DNA of 61,982 nucleotides, filler included, from Deltaproteobacteria bacterium (GTDB lineage Bacteria; JAUYMQ01): NCBI GenBank assembly GCA_030698575.1. It is 9 parts of 9 records of this genome, joined end to end, with 100 filler letters (N's around TTAATTAATTAA, not from the genome) between each part and the next. Parts side by side here need not be neighbours in the genome. Positions count along the whole stretch, not along the records: positions 37,073 to 40,427 come from JAUYMQ010000467.1; positions 40,528 to 44,105 come from JAUYMQ010000468.1; positions 44,206 to 46,840 come from JAUYMQ010000480.1; positions 46,941 to 49,975 come from JAUYMQ010000500.1; 5 more parts are not named here. One strand, 5' to 3'. Shown piece by piece: positions 39,257 to 48,077 of this stretch (position 1 is its first letter; each line of letters starts with the position of its first letter). The notes under the pieces were generated by a model. It saw only the letters and a program-made list of their open reading frames with translations, ran no database searches and was not told where the DNA came from. The position numbers and the translations under genes were made by a program.

Positions 39257-39272
39257 TGGCACGAGCCATGCT
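39257..39272 (+). promoter_or_regulatory. Sigma54 (-24/-12) promoter
   Basis: TGGCAC-GAGCC-ATGCT with GG and GC 12 nt apart. Confidence 0.65.
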
Positions 39273-39326
39273 CCTACAGGAAAGCAGAAGCTCAGCCGTC
39301 AGATCGACCCAGAGGAGGGGAAAAAG

Positions 39327-39773
39327 ATGAATCGCATTCTGAGCATTGCACTCGCGGTAGGTGTGGTGACGCTGCTCGCCGGCGCGGCCCTGGCACAGAT
39401 GGGCGGCGGTCCGGCGGGCGGCGGTATGGGCGCGGGCATGATGGGCGGCGGTATGGGCCCCGGCATGATGGGCGGAGGGACGATGGGTGGTGGGATGATG
39501 GGGCCCGGCATGATGGGCGGCGCCGCCGGACAGGCTGGCGCCGGCGCCCAGCCGGCCCAGATCACGGAGGAGAAGGCCAAGGAGCTGGCTCAGCAGTACG
39601 CGGACACCTATCTCAAGGGATTCACGGTCGAGAAGGTGCTCCCGTTTACCGGGATGCACGGCACGATGTACTCGGTGGAGCTGAAGGGCGCCGAGGGGCA
39701 GGTGCGCACCTTCCACATCAACCCCTGGGGGAACGTGATGCCGTTCGGCGGTGCGCAGCGCCGTAGCGGTTAG
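39327..39773 (+). CDS. Periplasmic Met/Gly-rich (GPGMMGG) protein, putative metal-binding
   Basis: Signal peptide ending ALA-Q, four GMMGG-like repeats and a PepSY-like C-terminus. Confidence 0.8.
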   Translation: MNRILSIALAVGVVTLLAGAALAQMGGGPAGGGMGAGMMGGGMGPGMMGGGTMGGGMMGPGMMGGAAGQAGAGAQPAQITEEKAKELAQQYADTYLKGFTVEKVLPFTGMHGTMYSVELKGAEGQVRTFHINPWGNVMPFGGAQRRSG

Positions 39774-39790
39774 CCAGGATCGTCTGTGTG

Positions 39791-39830
39791 CGACCCCCGG
39801 GAGCTTCGGTTCCCGGGGGGTCGTCTCTCT
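39791..39830 (+). terminator. Hairpin/terminator with UUCG loop
   Basis: CGACCCCCGGGAGC-TTCG-GTTCCCGGGGGGTCG followed by TCTCTCT. Confidence 0.55.
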
Positions 39831-39987
39831 CCCCCGGGCCGTATTCTCCGGCTGCAACCCGCTGACAAGAAGTCGGGCCCGGACACCTCCTTCCATCCGC
39901 TTTGCCACTTTGTCTGAGCCTGTCCGTGGTCTTCCCGTGCACGTGACGTAACCCCGCGCCACTCTGCGAGTTCGCACACGGGCTCGC

Positions 39988-40003
39988 TGGCACCCGCCTT
40001 GCT
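39988..40003 (+). promoter_or_regulatory. Sigma54 (-24/-12) promoter
   Basis: TGGCAC-CCGCC-TTGCT, consensus match. Confidence 0.75.
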
Positions 40004-40028
40004 CTTACCGTGGCCAGAGGGACATGCC

Positions 40029-40217
40029 ATGGAAGACTTCCTGAGGAACTACGGCATCTGGATCCTGCTCGTGGGCGTTTTTGTGGCCATGCACCGGTTC
40101 GGGATGGGATGCGGGGGCGGCCATTCCCATGATCGCGAAACCGGGGAGGAGGCGGGCAAGTCGGCGGACGCGAAGAAGGATCCCGCAGCCTCCGGCCATC
40201 ATGGCGGATCACACTGA
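40029..40217 (+). CDS. Small His-rich membrane protein (DUF2933-like)
   Basis: One TM helix then MHRFGMGCGGGHSH...GHHGGSH. Confidence 0.65.
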   Translation: MEDFLRNYGIWILLVGVFVAMHRFGMGCGGGHSHDRETGEEAGKSADAKKDPAASGHHGGSH

Positions 40218-40335
40218 GGGGGGCGCGCATGGACGTCGAGTGGCGCTCGCCGCTCGACACCTCGTTCCTCGCACGGTTCGTCCCGCCCTCGAACCGGCCG
40301 GGCCGACGGAAGCTGCGCACATGGAGGGCCGTGTG

Positions 40336-40427
40336 ATGACCCGGTGGTGGATCTGGATGCTGGCCTTCGCCGTGGTCGTGGGGTATCTCTACCTCTCCGC
40401 CGTGGAGGTAAGCGGAGGGCAGGCGCT
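40336..40427 (+). CDS. N-terminal fragment of a membrane or secreted protein
   Basis: GGAGG RBS; MTRWWIWMLAFAVVVGYLYL...; cut by the linker. Confidence 0.4.
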
Positions 40428-40542
40428 NNNNNNNNNNNNNNNNNNNNNNNNNNNNNNNNNNNNNNNNNNNNTTAATTAATTAANNNNNNNNNNNNNNNNN
40501 NNNNNNNNNNNNNNNNNNNNNNNNNNNTATTTAAGGAGAGGC

Positions 40543-41010
40543 ATGGCGAAGAAGGGGGCGCTGCGGCCCGAGGTGCTGCCGCCGGAAGGGCACCGTCGCT
40601 ACTACGATCGTCTGCGGTCGCGCATTCACGGCTGGGCGCGCAGGCGGGTGGGCTCCCCCGCGTCGACCGTCCTTCTGGCGGGTCCCGATCTGTTCGTGTT
40701 CCTCTCGCGTCTCGTGCGCGACGGTCGTGTGCCCCCGGGCGACAAGGTCAAGCTCGCGGCGGTGCTGGCCTACTTCATTGCGCCGCTCGACATCCTTCCC
40801 GAAATGCTCCTCGGGCCGTTCGGCTACGTCGACGACGTCGTGCTTGCCGCCTACATCCTTGAAACGTTCGTGAACGGCCAGCCGCCAGCCCTCATCAAGG
40901 ACCACTGGCCCGGAACCGAGCGCGCGATGACTGTCATCCAGCGTGTGCTGCGCCTGGGCAAGACCGTTCTCGGAGGCCCGCTCTGGCGGCGCATGCGCCG
41001 GAGCGCCTGA
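40543..41010 (+). CDS. YkvA/DUF1232 family protein
   Basis: LAYFIAPLDILPE..LGPFGYVDD motif. Confidence 0.9.
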   Translation: MAKKGALRPEVLPPEGHRRYYDRLRSRIHGWARRRVGSPASTVLLAGPDLFVFLSRLVRDGRVPPGDKVKLAAVLAYFIAPLDILPEMLLGPFGYVDDVVLAAYILETFVNGQPPALIKDHWPGTERAMTVIQRVLRLGKTVLGGPLWRRMRRSA

Positions 41011-41040
41011 ACCGGGACCGTGAGATGGCAGCGCCACGCG

Positions 41041-43110
41041 CTATCGCACCTCCACGCCGTAGTCCACTTCTCCGAATCCCTTGTCGTTCATGAACTGGTA
41101 GAGCGAGCGGATCTGGCCATCGTCGGGCACGGTCCCTCGCAGCCGGATCGACCGGCCCCGCCTGAGTATGCGCACGCCGCTGACGCCACGTCCGGTAAGC
41201 TCAGACTCGAGCGCGCGGTCTCGGGTCCACGCCCAATCCGGCGGAGTGTCCTGCTCCTCGACGCGCCCGGGCGGCTCGGCCCGGATGGGCACCTCGGTGA
41301 TCGGCGGCACGCCGGCGATGCCGGGCACCTCCCCACCCGGCACGCGATCGACGCGGACGGAGGGCCCGGGGTCGAGTCTTTCCCTTTTCTCGGGATCGAC
41401 CGTGCGCGGAACGCGAACCAGCTCCGTGGCCGCAGGCGGTGGCCCGGCCTGCAGGCCGCCGCCCGCCTCGCGGGCGACCTCCACTTTTGGTTCCGGCCGC
41501 TCCGGTGCTTCCGGCGGTGCCGGCTGCGCGACCGGCGCCGGCGCATCGGGCTTCTCGGGGTCCACGGGCGCGGCGGCCGTTTCCTCTTCAGCGACGGGTT
41601 GCGGTTCGGGCAGCGCCAGGCGTTCCGGCGGCAGCCGGTCACCGAGGCCCGAGACCATCTCACTCGCCAGGACGGGTTGCCGCGGCTGCACGGACAGCGG
41701 CTCGGGCCAGGGCTCGGCCGCGGCAAAAACGCGGTCGGTGGGGGGCAGCATGGTCGGGGTGGGCGCGGGGTCGTCCGCATCCCGCCAGAACGATTCGAGA
41801 ATGGTTGCGTAGCGCGATTCGAAAAGGGAGGCGCTCTCGGCCTGCGAAGGGATGATCACCTCGTCGGCGCGCACCTTGGGCATCTCCCGGAGTTGCCCCG
41901 ATGCGGTGCGGAGCCGCTGCGTCCCCTCCGCGCGCCCGCGCACGATCACGCGGTCTCCGTCGCGAAGCGGTGGAAATGCGTCAGGCGGGAAGACGACGGC
42001 GACCTCCCGATCGCTTCCTCCGGGGCCGATCTCGATCATCTCCAGCGATCCGAGGGGCGCCGGCCGCGCGAGGACCTTGCCTGCAAGCTCCACGCGCTCG
42101 CCGGCGAGAGACCCGGCGTCGCGCCGGAGCGCGCCTTCGCTGAGCGCGGGAGCAACCGCAACCGCGGCGGATTCGCCTGCGGGTTTGTCCCCCTCGTTCC
42201 CGATCCTCTCGATCTCGATGGTGCCCCGAGCGGGTTTCAGCCCGGCCGAGCGCACCTCGTAGTCGAGCGTGTGCTTGCCACCGCCGGGAATGGGCCAGTC
42301 GAACTCCACGCTGGGACCGCTGAGTCCGGCCGGCGCGTCGCCGAACAGGACGGTCGCGCCCGGCTCTGTCAGAACGCGGAGCCGGACGACGGATCTTTCG
42401 GTCGACGCGCCTTTAGGCGGGAAGAGAACCACCGCCTGCACCGTGCGGGTCGGCGTTTCGCGAAGAATGATCTCGTTGTCACTCACCTCGCCCGAGGGGC
42501 TGGTCACGCTGAGCCGGGCGGTGGTCGGCCCGTCCTCGCGCTGGGCCGCGTTCATCTCCGGGGCCGAGAAGCGCACGCGCGCCGCGCCGTCGGGGCCGGC
42601 GAGATCAGCGTGCCGCCCCGAGAGGGCGACCTTGCCGGCCGGATCGAAGAGCAGGAGATGATTCCCCCTCTCGCCCTTGATCGTCAGCCAGGCGCCGCCG
42701 GCGCCGTCGGGCTTGACGGTTGCCACGTAGTGGACGTTCGCCGAAGGGCGTTCGAAGTCGATCTCGCCTTTGAGGTCCGTGCTGTACCAGGGCCCTTTGA
42801 CGACATAGGCAAGCTTGGTCCCCTCGGCCGGCAGCGTGTCGGCCGGAATGCGGAGCTGCGCCTGCCCCTCCACCAGGGGCTCGGCCAGGCCGATTGCGGG
42901 GATCTCGAATCGCTTCGCCTCTTCCGTACCCTCGACGTCGACAATGAGCACGCGATCCGGGCCGCCGCCCTCCATGCGCGCCGTGACGTTCGCCGAGGGG
43001 CGGGGCACCAGGAAGACGAGCGCCGCCCCGGCGAGCAGGGCCAGAAGGATGGCGATCACGCGGGGTGTGCGCGGGGGCTTTCTGAAGATGTAGCGGCGTC
43101 TGCGAATCAT
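41041..43110 (-). CDS. Hypothetical membrane-anchored multidomain protein (beta-rich domains, Pro-rich linker, BON-like C-terminus)
   Basis: 689-aa ORF with one N-terminal TM and a plausible domain layout. Confidence 0.6.
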   Translation of the reverse strand: MIRRRRYIFRKPPRTPRVIAILLALLAGAALVFLVPRPSANVTARMEGGGPDRVLIVDVEGTEEAKRFEIPAIGLAEPLVEGQAQLRIPADTLPAEGTKLAYVVKGPWYSTDLKGEIDFERPSANVHYVATVKPDGAGGAWLTIKGERGNHLLLFDPAGKVALSGRHADLAGPDGAARVRFSAPEMNAAQREDGPTTARLSVTSPSGEVSDNEIILRETPTRTVQAVVLFPPKGASTERSVVRLRVLTEPGATVLFGDAPAGLSGPSVEFDWPIPGGGKHTLDYEVRSAGLKPARGTIEIERIGNEGDKPAGESAAVAVAPALSEGALRRDAGSLAGERVELAGKVLARPAPLGSLEMIEIGPGGSDREVAVVFPPDAFPPLRDGDRVIVRGRAEGTQRLRTASGQLREMPKVRADEVIIPSQAESASLFESRYATILESFWRDADDPAPTPTMLPPTDRVFAAAEPWPEPLSVQPRQPVLASEMVSGLGDRLPPERLALPEPQPVAEEETAAAPVDPEKPDAPAPVAQPAPPEAPERPEPKVEVAREAGGGLQAGPPPAATELVRVPRTVDPEKRERLDPGPSVRVDRVPGGEVPGIAGVPPITEVPIRAEPPGRVEEQDTPPDWAWTRDRALESELTGRGVSGVRILRRGRSIRLRGTVPDDGQIRSLYQFMNDKGFGEVDYGVEVR

Positions 43111-43193
43111 GGGGGCGATTCCAAAAATCGTGGGCGATTTGGCGGAAGACTCTCACGATTACGGAGGCCGTGGCAAGACGCCGGAGGGAACTG

Positions 43194-43649
43194 TCAGCGG
43201 GGTTTTTGCCTGGCGCGCCGCTTGCGGGAGGGGCGGGAAGCGGTCAAAGGGCGCAAATCAGCGAAATTGGAGGTGGCGGCCCAGTCGCGAAAGCCCTCGC
43301 TCATCTGGCTCCAGGCGTCGTGCAGCGGGCAGGGATTGCGCTGGTCACAGGAGCCCCAGCCGAAGGCGCACCCGTCCTTGTCGGGATAGGCGTCCACGGC
43401 GGACAGGACGTCGCGGAAGGTGATCTCTCCGGGTGGTCGGATGAGGGTGAACCCGCCGCCCCGGCCCTTGCGCGACTCGAGGATCCCCGCCAGGACCAGG
43501 CGGCGAAGAATTTTCGAGAGATACTGGGCCGGGATCTGCGTGCCCGCCGAAAGCTCCCTCGATAGCACCGGTTTTTGGGGCGATTCGGAGGCAATCCAGG
43601 CCACCGCCCGCAGCGCATACTCGGCCGTTTGCGAGAGAAAGGTGTGCAT
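43194..43649 (-). CDS. Rrf2-family transcriptional regulator (Fe-S type)
   Basis: LSQTAEYALRA, YLSKIL, SRKGRGGGF and CAFGWGSCDQRNPCPLH motifs. Confidence 0.93.
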   Translation of the reverse strand: MHTFLSQTAEYALRAVAWIASESPQKPVLSRELSAGTQIPAQYLSKILRRLVLAGILESRKGRGGGFTLIRPPGEITFRDVLSAVDAYPDKDGCAFGWGSCDQRNPCPLHDAWSQMSEGFRDWAATSNFADLRPLTASRPSRKRRARQKPR

Positions 43650-43708
43650 GCCGGCGGGCCCTCCCGGGGCCGTCGAGAAAGTTCCAGCTTGGCCTTGCCT
43701 CGGGGTCA

Positions 43709-43737
43709 AGACTAAGGTAAAACGATATAAAGGTCAA
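43709..43737 (-). promoter_or_regulatory. Sigma70-like promoter of the second Rrf2 gene with overlapping operator
   Basis: Minus strand TTGACC-17 nt-TAGTCT; contains GAC-N4-ATATCGT. Confidence 0.55.
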
Positions 43738-43794
43738 GTTATCGCTTGAGAGCTTTTTGTCGATTTGAAATCTCTTCCTTGAACGAGGGGTGCC

Positions 43795-44105
43795 ATGGCC
43801 GGCAGCTCCCCAGCCCCGAACGCGCACGGCGTTGAAGAGCATCGCGCGGCGCGCCAGTGGCTCTCCCTCGCGCTGGGGGTGCTCATCCTGGCGGGGTTGT
43901 TCGCGCTTGCGGTAGTCATCGGGCGGATGCCGCCCTTCGATCGATTTGTCACCGATCCGCTTTTCTTCAAGCGCTGTCTCGTGGCTCATGTGAACCTGGC
44001 CCTCGTCACGTGGTTCTACTCCTTCGCCGCGGCGCTCCTCTTTCTCCTGCCTTCCCGCCGGCGAACCAGCCCGATCTCGCGGCGTTCGGCGCACATCGCA
44101 ACCGC
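43795..44105 (+). CDS. Heme-copper oxidase subunit I-like membrane protein, N-terminal fragment
   Basis: WLSLALGVLILAGLF...FFKRCLVAHVNL (first heme-ligand His helix pattern); divergent from Rrf2. Confidence 0.6.
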
Positions 44106-44205
44106 NNNNNNNNNNNNNNNNNNNNNNNNNNNNNNNNNNNNNNNNNNNNTTAATTAATTAANNNNNNNNNNNNNNNNNNNNNNNNNNNNNNNNNNNNNNN
44201 NNNNN

Positions 44206-44419
44206 TGGCCACGTCGGCGCGCCCCTGGAGCTGGGCGAGAAGAGAAACGACGAACTCGGGGATGGAAGTCCCCATCGCGACGATGGTGAGGCCGATGACG
44301 GCGGGGGTGATGCGCATGAGGCGCGCAAGGCCGACGCTTCCGCGGACGAGCAACTCCGCCCCGCCGGTGAGGAGAATCAGGCCGGGCACCATCCATGCGA
44401 GGGCGATGAGGATCGTCAT
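44206..44419 (-). CDS. Calcium/sodium antiporter (YrbG-like), second copy, 3'-truncated
   Basis: GGAELLVRG...IGLTIVAMGTSIPE motif. Confidence 0.88.
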
Positions 44420-45400
44420 TCAGGCGTTGTTCTCAATGAGAATCCAGAGGTAGACGGCGTAGCCCGCGAGAAGCAGCGCCCCCTCCGTCCGGACAATCCG
44501 GCGGCCGGTGTACATCATCGGGAGGACGGCGAGCGAGAAAGCCATCATCCACCACATGTCGACGTTCACGAGGGCGGGGGAAACCTCCGTCGGTTCGATC
44601 AGCGAGACGAGGCCAACGGTCCCGAGGATATTGAAGATGTTCGAGCCCATGACGTTTGCGACGGCTATCTCGGTCTGCTTGCGCAGCGCCGCCACCACCG
44701 AGGTCGCCAGTTCGGGCAGGCCGGTTCCGGCAGCCACGATGGTGAGGCCGATCACCCGCTCGCTCATGCCGGCGATCACCGCCACCGTGACGGCGCCATC
44801 GACGAGAAATCGCGCGCCCAGGACCAGCGCGACTATCCCGCCGACGACCAGCCCGATGTTGAAGGCAATCCCGCCATCCTTCCGCACCGAGGTGGTGAGC
44901 GCTTCGATTTCTTCCTTGATTGCCTCGGCCTCCTTCCCCCGCACCTCGTTCCGCGCTACGTGTACGCAGTAGACCGTGAAGAGAACGAGCGAGACGACGA
45001 AGAAGCCCCCCTCGAGCCGGTCGATCCGGCCGTCGCGCGCCAGGAGCAGTGCCAGGGCGCTGGAGATGAACATGAAGGGCCACTCGAGCTTCACGGCGTT
45101 TCCGTGCACCCGAAGAACGATGAACATCGAGGCGAGGCCCAGGATGGCGGCGATGTTGAAGATGTTCGATCCGATGATGTTCCCCATGGCCACCTCGGGA
45201 CGGCCCGAGAGACGGGCGAAGAACGTCACGGCCATCTCGGGAAGCGAGGTGCCCATGGCGACAATCGTCAGGCCAATGACCGCCGGGGTGACCCGCGCCA
45301 GCTTCGCGATGGTTGCGCCGCCGCGCACGAGCAACTCGCCTCCGGCCGCGAGCAGCGCGAGCCCCACCGCAATCAGCCCCGCGGCCGCAAGGATGCTCAT
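44420..45400 (-). CDS. Calcium/sodium antiporter (YrbG/CaCA family)
   Basis: Two alpha repeats: GTSLPE...GNIIGSNIFN and GTGLPE...NVMGSNIFN. Confidence 0.95.
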   Translation of the reverse strand: MSILAAAGLIAVGLALLAAGGELLVRGGATIAKLARVTPAVIGLTIVAMGTSLPEMAVTFFARLSGRPEVAMGNIIGSNIFNIAAILGLASMFIVLRVHGNAVKLEWPFMFISSALALLLARDGRIDRLEGGFFVVSLVLFTVYCVHVARNEVRGKEAEAIKEEIEALTTSVRKDGGIAFNIGLVVGGIVALVLGARFLVDGAVTVAVIAGMSERVIGLTIVAAGTGLPELATSVVAALRKQTEIAVANVMGSNIFNILGTVGLVSLIEPTEVSPALVNVDMWWMMAFSLAVLPMMYTGRRIVRTEGALLLAGYAVYLWILIENNA

Positions 45401-45428
45401 GAGAAATGACTCCGGGAGGGCGTCGGGT

Positions 45429-46718
45429 TCACTGCATGACCAGCGGAAGGCCCTTTTCCATGCCGAGATCGCACAGGGCCAGGATCTTCTCGAGAAGCGG
45501 CTCCACCTGCGTGTCGACGAAGCAGTGGTGCAGCGCTCTGAACCGGCTGCGCACACGGCTCGCGTACTCGGGCACGATGTCCGGATCGGCGGGCTTGCGC
45601 GAGGCTTCCTCGAGGATCGTCGCAATTTCGGCCTTGAGCGCCGGAAGTTCCTCGGCGCCCCAGCCGCCCGCGTCGCGCTGCAGGAAGAGTGGAAATCGGT
45701 GGCCCATCGGCCGCTTTCGAAGGAAACTGTGCTCCAGCCGCCGGTTGATCGCCTCGCGGTAGCCCTGGACGACCGACCAGGGCCCCGCCTCGATGCCGCC
45801 GTAATCGATGTCGAGATCCCTGTCGAGTACGCAGAGGTAGAGCCCGGCGTCCGTGGCGGTTTCCGATTCTTCGACGCCGCCCGCTCCCGGCCCGCTCTCC
45901 AGCGCCGCCCGCAGCCCGAGCGACAGCTCCGCTCCCTTGGGCACGATGAGGCGGGTCTTCTTGCCGTGGGCGACCGATGCCTCGAACGCAAGTCGCATCT
46001 GATCGGTCATGAAGAGCCGCGTCTCGCGCTTCACGTACACGAGCGCGCCGCTCTCGATGCGGCTCGGCACGGTGGAGTTGAGTTGAAAGCGCGGGTCCTT
46101 CTCGCTCCCGACGACGAAATCAAGAAGCCGGTAGTGCCCCTCGCCCCGCGGCACGCGGTAACCCACGCGCCAGGCCGCTCCCTTCGCGGCGGCCTCGGCG
46201 GCCTTCTCGGCCAGCTCTCGCTCGACGTGCTGCCGGGCGATCTCCAGCAGCTCGGCATCACCGGTCCGGTAGTATTCGCCGTCGTCCCAGACGTCGAGAT
46301 CCGGAATGAAACGGTCGCGGACTTCGTAAAGAAATCTGCAGATCCGCGTGTGAACGTCGATCGGCGCGAACTGCGTCTTGACGTGGGAGCCTACCTCGAT
46401 CGTTGATTTCTCGGCGGGCCGCTCCATGTCCACGAGCAGCCCAGAATGAGTCTCGATGAGAAACGGCATGGGGTCGCAGGCGAAATGCGGGAATATCAGC
46501 AGGCCGCGCGCGCGGAAGGCGGGGAGCTGCCGCCCGGCGACGGCAAGCCCTTCGTTCGCGCCGGAGGCGTGGGCCATGATGCGTATGCGCTTCGAGGCGA
46601 TCTCGTACTGCCGCGCTTCCCACCCCCAGGGTTCAATGAGGGCGCGGATCTCGCCGCAGAACTCGTCTATCGCCCGGGGGGCGCGCAGCGTTCCCCGGTA
46701 CTGGATGGTGACGCCCAT
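45429..46718 (-). CDS. Three-domain protein: uncharacterised N-domain + Tox-REase-7-like domain + Imm70-like immunity domain
   Basis: GGAGG RBS. aa ~185-277 read RLLD..YVKRETRLFMTDQMR..IVPKGAELSLGL; aa ~292-429 read GLYLCVLD..GHRFPLF..W..CFVDTQVEPLLE..GLPLVMQ. Confidence 0.7.
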   Translation of the reverse strand: MGVTIQYRGTLRAPRAIDEFCGEIRALIEPWGWEARQYEIASKRIRIMAHASGANEGLAVAGRQLPAFRARGLLIFPHFACDPMPFLIETHSGLLVDMERPAEKSTIEVGSHVKTQFAPIDVHTRICRFLYEVRDRFIPDLDVWDDGEYYRTGDAELLEIARQHVERELAEKAAEAAAKGAAWRVGYRVPRGEGHYRLLDFVVGSEKDPRFQLNSTVPSRIESGALVYVKRETRLFMTDQMRLAFEASVAHGKKTRLIVPKGAELSLGLRAALESGPGAGGVEESETATDAGLYLCVLDRDLDIDYGGIEAGPWSVVQGYREAINRRLEHSFLRKRPMGHRFPLFLQRDAGGWGAEELPALKAEIATILEEASRKPADPDIVPEYASRVRSRFRALHHCFVDTQVEPLLEKILALCDLGMEKGLPLVMQ

Positions 46719-46940
46719 GGCCCTCCCGCGACGGGCCGTTCCGGGCCCCGCCCGCGTCGCGCGGGAGGGGCCTCCGAGGCTCCGCGCGGCGCGCGAGTGA
46801 CGCCGGTCAGTCCCCCGCGACCGTCATCTCGCCGATAAGCNNNNNNNNNNNNNNNNNNNNNNNNNNNNNNNNNNNNNNNNNNNNTTAATTAATTAANNNN
46901 NNNNNNNNNNNNNNNNNNNNNNNNNNNNNNNNNNNNNNNN

Positions 46941-48077
46941 GTCTGTGAAGTCCGGCTCGCGCAGCAGGAGCAGCTCACTTGTAACCGATGAGGTAAGCGA
47001 CGCCGCTATCCGCTCACCAGCGTCGCCCCTGCCGTATGGGCATGGAATCGACGCGATTCGAAGCTGTGCCTCGGGGCTTAGCATTTCTGTCGCCAGTTCA
47101 TGTACGCGTTCGCGGGAGACACCCGCCAACGCGGCGGAACCGTTGAGTATCCCCTCCCAGCGGGGAGTGGAACGGCGCATGACAACACACGGCACGCCAT
47201 ACCACGCCGCTTCCTCTTGGAGGCCCCCTGAGTCGGTGACGACAATTCTGCTCTTGGCGATCTCAGCCAACATCGCGTGGTACGGCAGCGGATCGCACAA
47301 CTGGACACCAGGCAATCCAGAAAGACGATCAAGAAGGCCGAAGGTTCTCGCTCGGTCGCGCGTGCGGGGATGGAGTGGGAAAACAACGTGCCCAGTCGCC
47401 CGCACCAAATCTGAAACAATCGAAATGATCTCCAAGAGTCGACCGGGATCGTCGACATTCGTCGCCCGGTGCGCGGTGACGACGCCACCCCGCCGTTCCT
47501 CGGGAGGATGTCGCTTGACTCCCGAGGACAGCAGCGCGTCACAGGCCGTGTTGCCGACAACGAATATTCGCTCATCGGCGATTCCCTCAGAAAGCAGAAA
47601 GCCGCGCGCCAGGCCGGTGGGAGCGAAGTGAATCGACGCCACGGCAGCGGCGATCTTCCGGTTGGATTCCTCCAAAGACTGCTCATTCAGGCTTCGAAGG
47701 CCTGCCTCAACATGGGCGACGCATCTCTCGTTGGCGCGCGCCGCGTGGGCCACGAGCGGAACCGTTGTTGTGTCCCCTTGGACAACCATCACGTCGGGTT
47801 CGCCTGTCTCGGCGATGTAGCGCAGGGCGTGCGAGTAAAGGGAGCCTGAGCGTTCGGCGGGCTGGCCCCCGGAAAGAGACCAGGTGACATCAGGCTTGAG
47901 GCCCACGGAACGATACGACTGATCCATCATCGCTGGGTCGCGCTGCTGCCCCGTTGCGACCATGACGACGTTCGCACCCAGGACGCGCAAGGCGCGGACA
48001 ACCGGGGCGAGCTTGACGACCTCGGGGCGAGTTCCGGCGAAAACGTGGAAGACCCGCGAGGCAGGCATGATCGTCAT
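46941..48077 (-). CDS. wecB: UDP-N-acetylglucosamine 2-epimerase (non-hydrolysing), 3'-truncated
   Basis: GTRPEVVK, TGQ, VQGDTTT, HVEAGLRS, EESNR and TDSGGLQEEA motifs. Confidence 0.93.

Noticed and set aside
39410-39525. GGCATGATGGGCGG repeats
   Set aside because: Coding low-complexity GMMGG repeats of the periplasmic protein.
40229-40336. 35-codon ORF MDVEWRSPLDTSFLARF...
   Set aside because: No recognisable motif and no independent support for translation.
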